The notes below the pieces were generated by a model. That model was not told the DNA's origin and did not search any database. It saw only the letters and a list, made by a program, of their open reading frames with translations. 64,000 nucleotides of DNA from a virus. Lineage: Duplodnaviria > Heunggongvirae > Uroviricota > Caudoviricetes. The stretch is from IMG/VR virus record IMGVR_UViG_2671180984_000014; one strand, 5' to 3'. Positions 11,233 to 20,382 of this stretch are shown here, piece by piece. Positions within the stretch are counted from its first letter, which is position 1, and every line of letters starts with the position of its first letter. The translations under genes were made by a program, and so were the position numbers.

Positions 11233-12045
11233 CTATTTTAATTCTATGTAATTTTTAAATTCCCTCTCATATTTATACATGATGTTATCAAATCCTTCCA
11301 TTACATCAACGAATTGTTGTGAACATTCCGGCTTCCAAGGCGTACACTTACGAACCATATCCATTTTATTCTTATCCTTCGTTGTATCGACTAAGGATAG
11401 GTACCCTATAAAATTCATCATCTGAACAGGATCTTGATTTGTGAATATATATTTGACGTTTTGCTTAGTAGGTGAAAAAGAATCAAAAGCAGGGAACATA
11501 TATTCACCAGAAAAAGAGAGTGCAGCATCAATGACGTCAGTTGCTGGAGTGCAGTTGCTCAGAATTGGCACTAAACTAAAATTAGCACCGGAGCACACTG
11601 CATATATATCATCCCCTTTTTTTAGTTTTAACAGAGAGTTTTGTTTTGAATCCAACACTTTCAATTTGATATAATTTAGTGGCGTTGCATTTTCCCCTGG
11701 AGTAAATAACTCTACAATTGGTTCATTATTCACCATTCTTATGGATTTTATTTCACCATATACAATTGAAATTTTATTCCATTTTTCCTGAGCGGCAAAT
11801 TCATTATCTTTAAAATCATTAACCAACTCAGATGGAAAATGATAACCAAATTGATTATTCATTGCTTTCGAGGCAAATCCAGACAAATAGAACACCCTTA
11901 CTAAATCATAATCTTTTTTTGAAGTAGAAAGCCAATCTGGCAATTTATTATCAGCTATCGCGCTTCCAGCAAAAATAGCACAACAAAATGTTATTACATT
12001 AAATAATTTCATTTTCCATTCACTCATTAATCGGTTTAAACTCAC
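11233..12045 (-). CDS. secreted protein, sim-like superinfection-exclusion candidate (signal peptide MKLFNVITFCCAIFAGSAIA)
   Basis: N-terminal signal peptide; AT-rich island; position between tail operon and immI, where P1 carries sim genes. True start probably the internal Met near 12012. Confidence 0.4.
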   Translation of the reverse strand: MSLNRLMSEWKMKLFNVITFCCAIFAGSAIADNKLPDWLSTSKKDYDLVRVFYLSGFASKAMNNQFGYHFPSELVNDFKDNEFAAQEKWNKISIVYGEIKSIRMVNNEPIVELFTPGENATPLNYIKLKVLDSKQNSLLKLKKGDDIYAVCSGANFSLVPILSNCTPATDVIDAALSFSGEYMFPAFDSFSPTKQNVKYIFTNQDPVQMMNFIGYLSLVDTTKDKNKMDMVRKCTPWKPECSQQFVDVMEGFDNIMYKYEREFKNYIELK

Positions 12046-12355
12046 TAATCAATTCACCAAGACTATTTGGGTATGCTTTATAAATAACATACTCCGAAGA
12101 GCCATCTGAATATTGGTAAACCCCATAACAAACCAGTTTATTTATTCCTTTCTGAATAGTTTTTTGATTATAAGAATCAACCACTGTTATTCCATATGAC
12201 GATAATATTTCGTTATATTCTTCAATAAGAGCTTTTCTTGTTTCCACTGAATTGCAATCTACCTTCGAAAAGTCAACTTCATCAGCAAAAACATTAAATG
12301 TTAAAAAGGAAAGCACTAAAAACAAACGAATCAGCATAAATCCACTCCTACGCAT
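12020..12355 (-). CDS. small secreted protein (signal peptide MLIRLFLVLSFLTFNVFA)
   Basis: Signal peptide; same AT-rich island. Confidence 0.4.
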   Translation of the reverse strand: MRRSGFMLIRLFLVLSFLTFNVFADEVDFSKVDCNSVETRKALIEEYNEILSSYGITVVDSYNQKTIQKGINKLVCYGVYQYSDGSSEYVIYKAYPNSLGELISEFKPINE

Positions 12356-12358
12356 GGA

Positions 12359-12490
12359 TTAATAGTCATTGATCGCAAAGGCGTAAACGTGCCCAAGGTA
12401 TTTCGTATAATCGGTACAAATCTCCTTCACGCTTGATGCTGCATTAACAGTCCCGGCCATAAATAATAACGGTAGTAATAGTTTTCTCAT
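12359..12490 (-). CDS. 43-aa secreted peptide (MRKLLLPLLFMAGTVNAASS...)
   Basis: Below the 60-aa track cutoff; ATG with GGTGAGG SD upstream; signal-peptide-like N-terminus. Confidence 0.35.
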   Translation of the reverse strand: MRKLLLPLLFMAGTVNAASSVKEICTDYTKYLGHVYAFAINDY

Positions 12491-12586
12491 TATAACCTCA
12501 CCTGCCTTATAACTCATTTAGGGTACATATTTTCGCCTTTAAAAAAAAGAGGTTATTAGATCCAATTGTGCATTTATTAAACAAGC

Positions 12587-12603
12587 AATGCTCTAATAAA
12601 TTT
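12587..12603 (+). promoter_or_regulatory. C1-type operator (AATGCTCTAATAAATTT) at the immI promoter
   Basis: 16/17 match to ATTGCTCTAATAAATTT upstream of c4-icd-ant. Confidence 0.7.
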
Positions 12604-12739
12604 GTATTTTTAAGTCGCGAATGCTATCTTTTCGCATCATATTGACCTTTTAATCGTTCAGGCTTATAGTTCCGCCGTCGTAGCAAATTCTGCGACCGGG
12701 TTTAGCAGCCTGAATACTTACGCGGACAACCGCAGATTT

Positions 12740-12840
12740 CCGATATTGCGGTATTTTTGTGTCCGTAAACCACGTTACGCCCGAATTATGGTGGGGCGTG
12801 ATGGGGAGGCTTCGGCCTGCTGGTTTCGTAAGTGCCAGTC
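12740..12840 (+). ncRNA. c4: c4-type antisense immunity RNA (approximate bounds)
   Basis: Non-coding stretch between operator and icd containing block TTATGGTGGGGCGTGATGGGGAGGCTTCGGCCTGCTGGTTTCG, conserved in a second copy at 63759-63802; upstream hairpin plus T-run at 12730-12757. Confidence 0.35.
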
Positions 12841-12915
12841 TGCTAACCCCGTCACGTCCTGCCACCTGTTTAGCAGCGGGTCGCAGGTTGTTTATCAACT
12901 TACGAGGCCGTAACT

Positions 12916-13137
12916 ATGGTTAATGCCAATCCTTGCGCACGCCAAGAATTCATCTGGCGTTTCTATTCCTGTAAAAAACACCACTATCACTTCGTTATCG
13001 CTGCAACAGAAGACGAAGCACGCTCTCAATTGCCTGATGGCCCCTGCATTTTTACTGCCCGTTTTTCAACTAACTCGCGCAATTCACTTAGTTACTGGAG
13101 CCTCCCCTTCTCTGCCGACGTTCAGGGGGGTTTATGA
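12916..13137 (+). CDS. icd: Icd, 73-aa cell-division inhibitor of the immI operon
   Basis: 73 aa; stop overlaps ant start (ATGA); motif EFIWRFYSCKKHHYHFVIAATEDE. Confidence 0.75.
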   Translation: MVNANPCARQEFIWRFYSCKKHHYHFVIAATEDEARSQLPDGPCIFTARFSTNSRNSLSYWSLPFSADVQGGL

Positions 13138-14180
13138 AAAAACCTCTCGTCACCCGTAATGACATAGCCGAAGCGATCGCCCTGCATACTGCCTGTATGC
13201 CGACACGGGAGATCCCCGGCGCAATTGCTAACTATTTCATGATAACCAGGCGTTTTTATACCCGAACAGATAAGGCTGTGATCAACAGGCTACTGATAGC
13301 CGAGATCAGGGATTATTTGATTGAACAAGGACGTCTACGTTACGCAACAGTGGCAGCAGAAATGAGAAAGGAGGCACATAGAATGACCGGTAATAATTTG
13401 AATGTTGAAAAACCAGCACCTGTTACGTCAGCTACGCCAGCACCAGCCGTGAATATTATCCCCAACACCGGAGACACAATCGACAGCCTGACACTGTTAA
13501 AGATGGTCAATGAGGCACGGAAATTATGTAGCGAAAAACCAGTTCGCAACAATGATTTCATTGCCAGAGTTAAGGATGAGCTTGATGGGGAGGGTTACGA
13601 AATCTTCGTAACCCCTATGGATAAGAAAAAAGGTGGAGCGGATCAGGTAGTTATAGTAATGACATACAAACAAGCCCTGCGCGTTGCTGCTCGCGAATCG
13701 AAAGCGGTCCGCCGTTCGCTGATCGACAAACTGGAAGAATTGCAGCAGGCAAACTCCCCTACCCCATCGATCCCCCAAACATTACCAGAAGCTCTACGCC
13801 TGGCTGCCGAGTTGGCAGAACAGAAAATGCAGTTGGAACAACAGCTGGTGGCCGCAGCCCCTAAAGTCGATTTTGCCGACCGGGTATCAGCGGCTAATGG
13901 AATCCTGATCGGGAACTTTGCAAAGGTCGTTGGACTTAAGCAAAACGCCCTTTTCTCATGGTTGCGCCAGAACGGCATTCTCATGGCTTTTGGTGCGCGC
14001 AAAAACGTACCGCGCCAGCAGTACATTAACGCCGGGTATTTCACGGTGAAAGAAGTGGTGCTGGATGATGAAAATGGCTACCAGATACGGCTGACGCCCC
14101 AATTAACGGGTAAAGGCCAGCAGTGGTTAACTCGCAAGCTACTTGATGCTGGTTTGTTAAAACCAGTAGCAATAGGTTAA
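13134..14180 (+). CDS. ant1: antirepressor Ant1 (348 aa)
   Basis: C-terminal Ant/KilA-C domain (LPEALRLAAELAEQK...GKGQQWL) paralogous to the KilA C-terminus; coupled to icd. Confidence 0.75.
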   Translation: MKKPLVTRNDIAEAIALHTACMPTREIPGAIANYFMITRRFYTRTDKAVINRLLIAEIRDYLIEQGRLRYATVAAEMRKEAHRMTGNNLNVEKPAPVTSATPAPAVNIIPNTGDTIDSLTLLKMVNEARKLCSEKPVRNNDFIARVKDELDGEGYEIFVTPMDKKKGGADQVVIVMTYKQALRVAARESKAVRRSLIDKLEELQQANSPTPSIPQTLPEALRLAAELAEQKMQLEQQLVAAAPKVDFADRVSAANGILIGNFAKVVGLKQNALFSWLRQNGILMAFGARKNVPRQQYINAGYFTVKEVVLDDENGYQIRLTPQLTGKGQQWLTRKLLDAGLLKPVAIG

Positions 14181-14193
14181 CAAAAGAAAAAAA

Positions 14194-14218
14194 CCTGCCA
14201 GCAAACTGGCAGGTTTCT
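14194..14218 (+). terminator. rho-independent terminator after ant
   Basis: Hairpin CCTGCCAGCAAACTGGCAGG followed by TTTCT. Confidence 0.55.
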
Positions 14219-14257
14219 GAGCAGATCGTCCAACCCGATCTGGATCGAGTCAGAAAA

Positions 14258-14275
14258 ATTTGCTCTAATAAATTT
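14258..14275 (+). promoter_or_regulatory. C1-type operator upstream of kilA-repL
   Basis: TTTGCTCTAATAAATTT. Confidence 0.7.
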
Positions 14276-14344
14276 CGTTTTCTAAGTGCAAAGAATCACC
14301 ATTTCGAGCTGGTGATTGAAGGTTGATGCAAATTTGGAGAAAAA

Positions 14345-15145
14345 ATGCAACAAACATTCAATGCGGATATGAATATATCAAACCTTCATCAAAATGTCGA
14401 TCCTTCAACCACTCTGCCCGTTATTTGTGGTGTTGAAATTACGACCGACCGCGCTGGCCGTTACAACCTTAATGCTCTACACAGAGCGAGCGGACTCGGT
14501 GCCCATAAAGCGCCAGCTCAATGGCTAAGAACGCTGTCAGCTAAACAGCTCATCGAAGAGCTTGAAAAAGAAACTATGCAGAATTGCATAGTTTCGTTCG
14601 AAGGCCGTGGCGGCGGCACTTTTGCCCATGAATTGCTCGCAGTGGAGTACGCTGGTTGGATTTCTCCTGCGTTTCGGCTGAAGGTAAACCAGACATTTAT
14701 CGACTATCGAGCTGGAAGATTACAACCTGCTATTCCGCAGAGTCTCCCAGAAGCTCTCCGTTTGGCTGCCGACCTGGCAGAGCAAAAGCAACGGCTGGAG
14801 CAAAAAATGCTGATGGATGCACCTAAAGTCGAATTCGCCGAACGCGTTGCTACCGCCAGCGGGGTTCTAATCGGCAACTATGCCAAAGTGCTCGGCCTGG
14901 GCCAAAACTATCTCTTCACCTGGTTGCGTGATAACGGAATTCTGATCGCAACCGGTGAACGCAGGAACGTCCCCAAACAAGAATACATATCCCGTGGGTA
15001 TTTCACCCTTAAAGAAACCGTGATCGATACAAGCAATGGAAGCAGGATTTCTTTCACGACTCGTATAACCGGCAAAGGTCAGCAGTGGCTGATGAAGCGA
15101 TTGCTTGATGCTGGTGTGCTGGTACCTGTCGCGGCAGCGCGCTAA
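14345..15145 (+). CDS. kilA: KilA (266 aa; KilA-N plus Ant-type C-terminal domain)
   Basis: N-terminal KilA-N-like region; C-terminus paralogous to Ant1; size matches P1 KilA. Confidence 0.75.
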   Translation: MQQTFNADMNISNLHQNVDPSTTLPVICGVEITTDRAGRYNLNALHRASGLGAHKAPAQWLRTLSAKQLIEELEKETMQNCIVSFEGRGGGTFAHELLAVEYAGWISPAFRLKVNQTFIDYRAGRLQPAIPQSLPEALRLAADLAEQKQRLEQKMLMDAPKVEFAERVATASGVLIGNYAKVLGLGQNYLFTWLRDNGILIATGERRNVPKQEYISRGYFTLKETVIDTSNGSRISFTTRITGKGQQWLMKRLLDAGVLVPVAAAR

Positions 15146-15174
15146 CAGACGTAGTAAGAACCACCAGCATTGTA

Positions 15175-16020
15175 ATGCTGGCTAAAGTCACTTTCCTGAG
15201 CTGTATAACGATGAGCGATTTTACTTTTTCTGGCTATGAATTGGCCTGCTTTGTAACACACTCCGGTCTATCCCGTAGCGCCGGGCATATCCTGTCGCAA
15301 TGTGCAAATCTCGCGGCAACAACCAGTGAATACTTCATTCACAAGCCTCACCGCCTGATCGCGGCAGAAACTGGTTATAGCCAATCAACCGTCGTTCGTG
15401 CATTCCGTGAAGCTGTAAACAAAGGAATCCTGTCAGTAGAGATTGTTATCGGCGATCACCGTGAACGTCGCGCTAACCTGTACCGGTTTACACCATCCTT
15501 TTTGGCCTTCGCACAACAAGCAAAAAATGCGCTGATTGAAAGCAAATTAAAGATCTCTTCAGCGGCAACCAAGGTTAAAGCTGTTCTCGCTAAGACATTG
15601 GCTTTATTTAATTTTTTATCCACACCCCCATGTCAAAATGATACCCCCTCCCCCTGTCAGGATGACGTGGCAATAAAGAATAAGAAGTCACAATTTAAAA
15701 AAACAAAAAGATCAGTTTCCGGCGCTGCCGGAACGACCAAACTCAAAAAATTGACTTCATGGATCGCTGAGGCAAAAGCAAAGGCTGACAATCTGCGGTT
15801 ATCCAAAAAACGCGCTCAAAAACATGAGTTCAAGCAGAAAGTAGAGGCGGCAGCGCGGAAATATGCTTACCTGAAGAACAAGCGTTCTCCTGATATTGGC
15901 GGGGTATCAAACTTCGATAATCTGCCGCATTGCATGACGGTAAACGAAGCTCTTAATGCGGTTTTAGCCAAAAATAAAGATAACGAACAATGGGGTATAC
16001 CGGCAGGATTCAGAGGGTGA
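15175..16020 (+). CDS. repL: RepL lytic-replicon initiator (281 aa)
   Basis: Position directly after kilA, basic C-terminal half, size as P1 RepL. Confidence 0.65.
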   Translation: MLAKVTFLSCITMSDFTFSGYELACFVTHSGLSRSAGHILSQCANLAATTSEYFIHKPHRLIAAETGYSQSTVVRAFREAVNKGILSVEIVIGDHRERRANLYRFTPSFLAFAQQAKNALIESKLKISSAATKVKAVLAKTLALFNFLSTPPCQNDTPSPCQDDVAIKNKKSQFKKTKRSVSGAAGTTKLKKLTSWIAEAKAKADNLRLSKKRAQKHEFKQKVEAAARKYAYLKNKRSPDIGGVSNFDNLPHCMTVNEALNAVLAKNKDNEQWGIPAGFRG

Positions 16021-16023
16021 TAG

Positions 16024-16040
16024 ATTGCTCTAATCTGGAG
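16024..16040 (+). promoter_or_regulatory. partial C1-operator-like site (ATTGCTCTAATCTGG)
   Basis: 11-nt match to the operator left half, just after repL. Confidence 0.3.
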
Positions 16041-16070
16041 TCACCTGGCGTTTTCAGTTTGAGGTCGGAG

Positions 16071-16316
16071 ATGCAATCTGATTTTTTACAGTTAGCGATC
16101 GCTTTTGCAGGATATGTTTGTATTGGCTTCTGTGTATACATGATCAGCCGAAAAATGCTTGTCGATATCGACCGCAAAGAACAAGCAGAGGAGATCTTAG
16201 TATGGATTTTCTTTGGCGCGGTCTGGCCATTAGGGATCATGTTTGCTGCAACATTTCTTCTGATGTGGATATTCACCCTTCCAGGTGATTTCTATAGAAA
16301 AAAAGCCAGACATTGA
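16071..16316 (+). CDS. small two-helix membrane protein (81 aa)
   Basis: Internal ATG of track ORF 15990-16316; two hydrophobic helices. Confidence 0.35.
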   Translation: MQSDFLQLAIAFAGYVCIGFCVYMISRKMLVDIDRKEQAEEILVWIFFGAVWPLGIMFAATFLLMWIFTLPGDFYRKKARH

Positions 16317-16439
16317 TACAATCGTTGCGGGTGCTTGAGGCTATCTGCTTCAGGCATTACCCGAAAAGCAGATAGAAGAAAGCCCCAGATAACATTACGC
16401 GTCCTGCAAGACGCTTAACATTAATCTGAGGCCACATCT

Positions 16440-16646
16440 ATGCTTAGCATACGTAGATTAGCCTCTTACCGACCAAAAGGTCAAGGAGAAGCAGGCTATG
16501 AAGCAGCAAAAAGCGATGTTAATCGCTCTGATCGTCATCTGTTTAACCGTCATTGTGACGGCACTGGTAACGAGGAAAGACCTCTGCGAGGTACGAATCC
16601 GAACCGGCCAGACGGAGGTCACTGTCTTCACAGCCTACGAATCTGA
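16440..16646 (+). CDS. mok: mok-like overlapping reading frame of the hok locus
   Basis: 68-codon frame starting upstream of hok and overlapping it in another frame, the classical mok arrangement. Confidence 0.45.
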   Translation: MLSIRRLASYRPKGQGEAGYEAAKSDVNRSDRHLFNRHCDGTGNEERPLRGTNPNRPDGGHCLHSLRI

Positions 16647-16653
16647 AAGGTAA
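16498..16653 (+). CDS. hok: Hok/Gef-family type I toxin (51 aa)
   Basis: MKQQKAMLIALIVICLTVIVTALVTRKDLCEVRIRTGQTEVTVFTAYESER aligns with Hok ([26 protein letters not shown]); AAGGAG SD; below track size cutoff. Confidence 0.8.
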   Translation: MKQQKAMLIALIVICLTVIVTALVTRKDLCEVRIRTGQTEVTVFTAYESER

Positions 16654-16721
16654 GAGACCTGGCGGGGAGAGATCCCCGCCACTCTTCGTGTGTCAGGTAT
16701 CCTCAATGCACCCTTTCCTCT

Positions 16722-16748
16722 CCAAATAAAAAAGCTCCCGAAGGAGCT
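16722..16748 (-). terminator. rho-independent terminator ending the minus-strand head/tail operon
   Basis: Hairpin AGCTCCCGAAGGAGCT with T-run on the minus strand; may also end the hok transcript. Confidence 0.6.
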
Positions 16749-16769
16749 TTAAAATACAAGGGATTACTA

Positions 16770-17279
16770 TTAATCCCACTCAATCCAGTTGTAGACGATA
16801 CGAAGTGACGGGCGCACAGCGGCAGTCACATCTTCGGTACTAAAGTCGATTGCATCACTGTAGATTTTGCAGTCCAACATTTCAATTGTTGTAGCAGCTT
16901 TTGTCACAGCGTTAACCCCGGAAGATTTGGATTCAGGGGTAGCAGCCATCGTGATATCAACATAGTCCTTCGCCGCAATGCGATCCTTGATGAACTGAAG
17001 AATATCGCCTTCGATAGTCTCCACGCACTGGACCTGGATTTCCCCAGAGTTTCGAATTGGTCCGTGCTGGTTGAACTTCACACCATTCGGACCATAGTCC
17101 TCCACATCCTCGCGGGTCATTTCAGGAATTTGCGACGTGCGAACCAGTACGCTGATATCTTCATGGCCTGCAACAGTGAGCTGGAATTCAGAAGATACCA
17201 GTCGTTCGCCTTTGGCCGCGTTGGCAGTATAGCGGCCCTTAATAAATTTACGGTTTCCCTTAGTGTTATTGTGCCCCAT
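16770..17279 (-). CDS. virion structural protein (169 aa), possibly tail tube-like
   Basis: Last gene of the sheath-containing operon. Confidence 0.35.
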   Translation of the reverse strand: MGHNNTKGNRKFIKGRYTANAAKGERLVSSEFQLTVAGHEDISVLVRTSQIPEMTREDVEDYGPNGVKFNQHGPIRNSGEIQVQCVETIEGDILQFIKDRIAAKDYVDITMAATPESKSSGVNAVTKAATTIEMLDCKIYSDAIDFSTEDVTAAVRPSLRIVYNWIEWD

Positions 17280-17290
17280 ATAAAATCCTT

Positions 17291-17872
17291 TTACTGGAAC
17301 GCCCGAACAATATCGGAGCTGTTATATATCGAAGAACCGGTCAACTGGAGGTTGACGGTGTTTTTCAGGAAATGCCCATTGCTGTCCCTGGGCGCATCGA
17401 GATCGAAACTTATGTCCTGGATAGCGACATCAATGATGTTGATCTGGCGACCAATGTTTAGCGTCACACGCTCCGGGATTCGACCACCAATACTGGCATC
17501 TTTAAGTTCCGGGCTAATCATCGCTGACAATGCGGCGATAGCTCCTGAAACCTCCGTGAATGGATCAAACAAAGCGATGAAAGTTACTGGCAGCGTGAAA
17601 GTTGGCGGTGTTCCCCCCTCCCAAACCATTAAGCTGTTCCAACGGGCCACCGACGTTGTTTCAGTACCAACCTGCGCAAAACCACTGAAGGCACCAGCAA
17701 CAGACCCCATGGACATACCGGTAAACGGCGCTTCCCAATTCTGGGCCATGTTCATTGCTGCCCCCTGGCTGATATATCCGGTAACCTGGTACTGAGAGTT
17801 CGTTAAAGTAACTTTCAGAAATGGCGATACACCGTCAGCCTGGCTGTAAACCCCATAAGGTATAGGTGCCAT
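17291..17872 (-). CDS. virion structural/baseplate protein (193 aa)
   Basis: ORF in same operon. Confidence 0.35.
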   Translation of the reverse strand: MAPIPYGVYSQADGVSPFLKVTLTNSQYQVTGYISQGAAMNMAQNWEAPFTGMSMGSVAGAFSGFAQVGTETTSVARWNSLMVWEGGTPPTFTLPVTFIALFDPFTEVSGAIAALSAMISPELKDASIGGRIPERVTLNIGRQINIIDVAIQDISFDLDAPRDSNGHFLKNTVNLQLTGSSIYNSSDIVRAFQ

Positions 17873-17907
17873 TCAAGTTAAAGGCCGGAGTTCTCCGGCC
17901 TCCTCCT

Positions 17908-18723
17908 TTAGCCAAGGCGCTTACGGCGCAGTTTCATTGACTTTTTGCGGGCAAGTTTTGCCGCACCCGTCTGGGCTTTTCGACGCGCTTTTTTCAGCGC
18001 CGATTTTTGAGCCGCAGTCAGACGTTTTTTACGCAGGCGTTTACGGATGAGTTTGATCTCACCGTTACGAACAACCTTCTTAAATGCTTCAGTCAGCATT
18101 TCATCAGAAGTGCCAGCAACAACAAACGCCGCTTCCAGTTCGTCACGGTCGTCGCTATCTAAACCAGCGATAGAGGCACCAACATCAGCAGCTGCGTCGT
18201 CGTCTTCATCGTCAGCCAGTGCTTCGATCAGGTCATCATCTACACCGCATGCTGCGAGGAAGTCAGCAACATTTGCCCATGCTTCGTTATAGGCATCGTC
18301 CTGTTCTTCTGTAACTTCGGAGTCGTCGTCATCAGAGATACCAGCGATAGCCTGAACGAAACCATCAAGGGAGTCGAAAGTCAGATCACCGCTATCAGCC
18401 CAGGCGAAAACGGCGTCGGCCGCATCACTCAACGCATTCTGCATAGCACTTCTATTTGCAGCTTCCAGAATCATCTGGTGCGCCTGTTCGACGGTCCATT
18501 CTTTACCGTCTTTCCCTTCCAGGATTTGCTCAGGAGCCGGGGCAGATGGAACGTTATCGTTAGTCTGTGCCGCCGGTTCCGGATTATTATTAATAACCGG
18601 ATCTGTTGGCTGTTCGGCGCTTGCTCGGGCAGACTCCATCAGCTGCACAGGATCAGAGTTCAAAGCGAAACGAGACAGTCCATTCCCCAAAAATGCCCCG
18701 GATTGAAAAAAGTTTTTGCTCAT
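17908..18723 (-). CDS. acidic-then-basic virion protein (271 aa)
   Basis: Asp/Glu-rich core followed by Lys/Arg-rich C-terminus. Confidence 0.35.
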   Translation of the reverse strand: MSKNFFQSGAFLGNGLSRFALNSDPVQLMESARASAEQPTDPVINNNPEPAAQTNDNVPSAPAPEQILEGKDGKEWTVEQAHQMILEAANRSAMQNALSDAADAVFAWADSGDLTFDSLDGFVQAIAGISDDDDSEVTEEQDDAYNEAWANVADFLAACGVDDDLIEALADDEDDDAAADVGASIAGLDSDDRDELEAAFVVAGTSDEMLTEAFKKVVRNGEIKLIRKRLRKKRLTAAQKSALKKARRKAQTGAAKLARKKSMKLRRKRLG

Positions 18724-18732
18724 TGTATTCCC

Positions 18733-20322
18733 TTACTTAATAAGCAGCGGTACGCCCTGGATACGACGGGCTACGCCAGTCGGGCAGCAGGCCCAGACTA
18801 CTTCCCATTTATCGAATTCCGCCTGCGTAACTTTCAGCACATACGGTTCTGTACCGTCAGCATCAGGATCACGAGGAGCCACCAGAGCGCCGGAGGCGAC
18901 AAAGCGATCTAAAAGTTTGGTCATCCCTTTAGTCAGGCCAGCCGCAGTAATACCGTCCGGGCTATGCTTCATCTGTCGGGCTAACTGGACAAAGAAACGG
19001 CTGATTGCATTCATCAGGGATGGGACGTGCTGGAAGTGCAGATAGTTATCCTGCGTGCAGCAAGTTAAAGCATCGTCGATGATCATCTGGCCAGAGGTGC
19101 CAACAGATACTTTATTGAGACGGCCCTTGACCATTGCTTCTTCGTCCGGGGTATCTTCCGGATACAGCGGTTGAATTGACGCACGAGCAATGACGGCACG
19201 TTCTTCACCAGCCGGTGAGTAATGCCAACCGCCGACATCAGAGTTTTTCTTGACGCCACGAGCTTTCGCCGCATACGCCACGCCAGACAGACCAAAGACC
19301 ACACGGGATTGGGTCCATTTGTCTTTGCAGGAGAACGGGTAGTGATAGACAGCACAGCTTACATAATCGGTACCAAGTAAACCGGTATCTTCAACAGCAG
19401 AGAGCGCTTCCGTATACGTCAATGTCGGTTTGACATCAAAGAAGCCATCAATCAGGCGATCAGAACAGATATTACCTAACGCGGTGATCGCCGCATTGTC
19501 ATAGCAACCCAGGCCGAGAACAGCGGTGTACATGTACGGCGCATTGTTCAGCACCTTAACCGCACGCAGGTACGCAGCGGTTGAGATTTTCGACTGATCA
19601 CCGTTGGTACCACCAGTGAACGCCAGCGATTTTTTATTTGTTACTTTCGCCGTCGAAATCAGCTCTTCATTAACAACCGCGCGCAGATATTTAGAACGGG
19701 CTTCCAGAGCCGTAGGCAGATAACACAAGCGGCCCATGTCATCTTTCGCTTCTTCCGCCAAAGACACAGTGTGTGTCTCCAGGGTCGTTACCACGCCGAG
19801 CGAAGTCGTCTGGGTCAGTTTTAAGAGGAAGCGTTCATTACCCGCGCTGTCCGCTGTTGCCGTTTCGATGGTTAACTCACGGGTAGGTGAAATACACGGA
19901 TCACCATCATCAACGTAGATAGCAAAGGCTTCGCCACTATCAAGTTCAATTTCAGAACCGTATGGCAACGCACTGTAAGCCGGTTCGCCTGATTCATCGA
20001 ACATAATAATCGGGAACTTCGCATCATCCGGAACAGCACGAACAACATAACCTGACGTTTGCTGAATAGCTTCGTATACATGGCGAATTGGTTCGAACTG
20101 TGAGCCGGAAGACGGCTTCAGCGGTTCGCCGAGAACATCTTTGTAATTGGACTCAGTAACCGCAAGAACAGTAAACGGCTTGCCACGCGCAAATACGCCA
20201 ATACCAGCCCACAAGCTGCTATTTAATGCAACACCGGTAGATAACGTCGCATCGGCATTGATCGGGCTAACCGCGACGCCGGATGCATTACCTAATGACT
20301 GTTGAATTGAATATTGAGACAT
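18733..20322 (-). CDS. putative contractile tail sheath protein (529 aa)
   Basis: Size and position next to the capsid gene; assignment by synteny (P1 gene 22 position). Confidence 0.4.
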   Translation of the reverse strand: MSQYSIQQSLGNASGVAVSPINADATLSTGVALNSSLWAGIGVFARGKPFTVLAVTESNYKDVLGEPLKPSSGSQFEPIRHVYEAIQQTSGYVVRAVPDDAKFPIIMFDESGEPAYSALPYGSEIELDSGEAFAIYVDDGDPCISPTRELTIETATADSAGNERFLLKLTQTTSLGVVTTLETHTVSLAEEAKDDMGRLCYLPTALEARSKYLRAVVNEELISTAKVTNKKSLAFTGGTNGDQSKISTAAYLRAVKVLNNAPYMYTAVLGLGCYDNAAITALGNICSDRLIDGFFDVKPTLTYTEALSAVEDTGLLGTDYVSCAVYHYPFSCKDKWTQSRVVFGLSGVAYAAKARGVKKNSDVGGWHYSPAGEERAVIARASIQPLYPEDTPDEEAMVKGRLNKVSVGTSGQMIIDDALTCCTQDNYLHFQHVPSLMNAISRFFVQLARQMKHSPDGITAAGLTKGMTKLLDRFVASGALVAPRDPDADGTEPYVLKVTQAEFDKWEVVWACCPTGVARRIQGVPLLIK

Positions 20323-20382
20323 AACTTTCCCTGTTATGCGCCCCGCACGGGGGCGCTATGTTAAACGGAGAACTTCCCCTGA

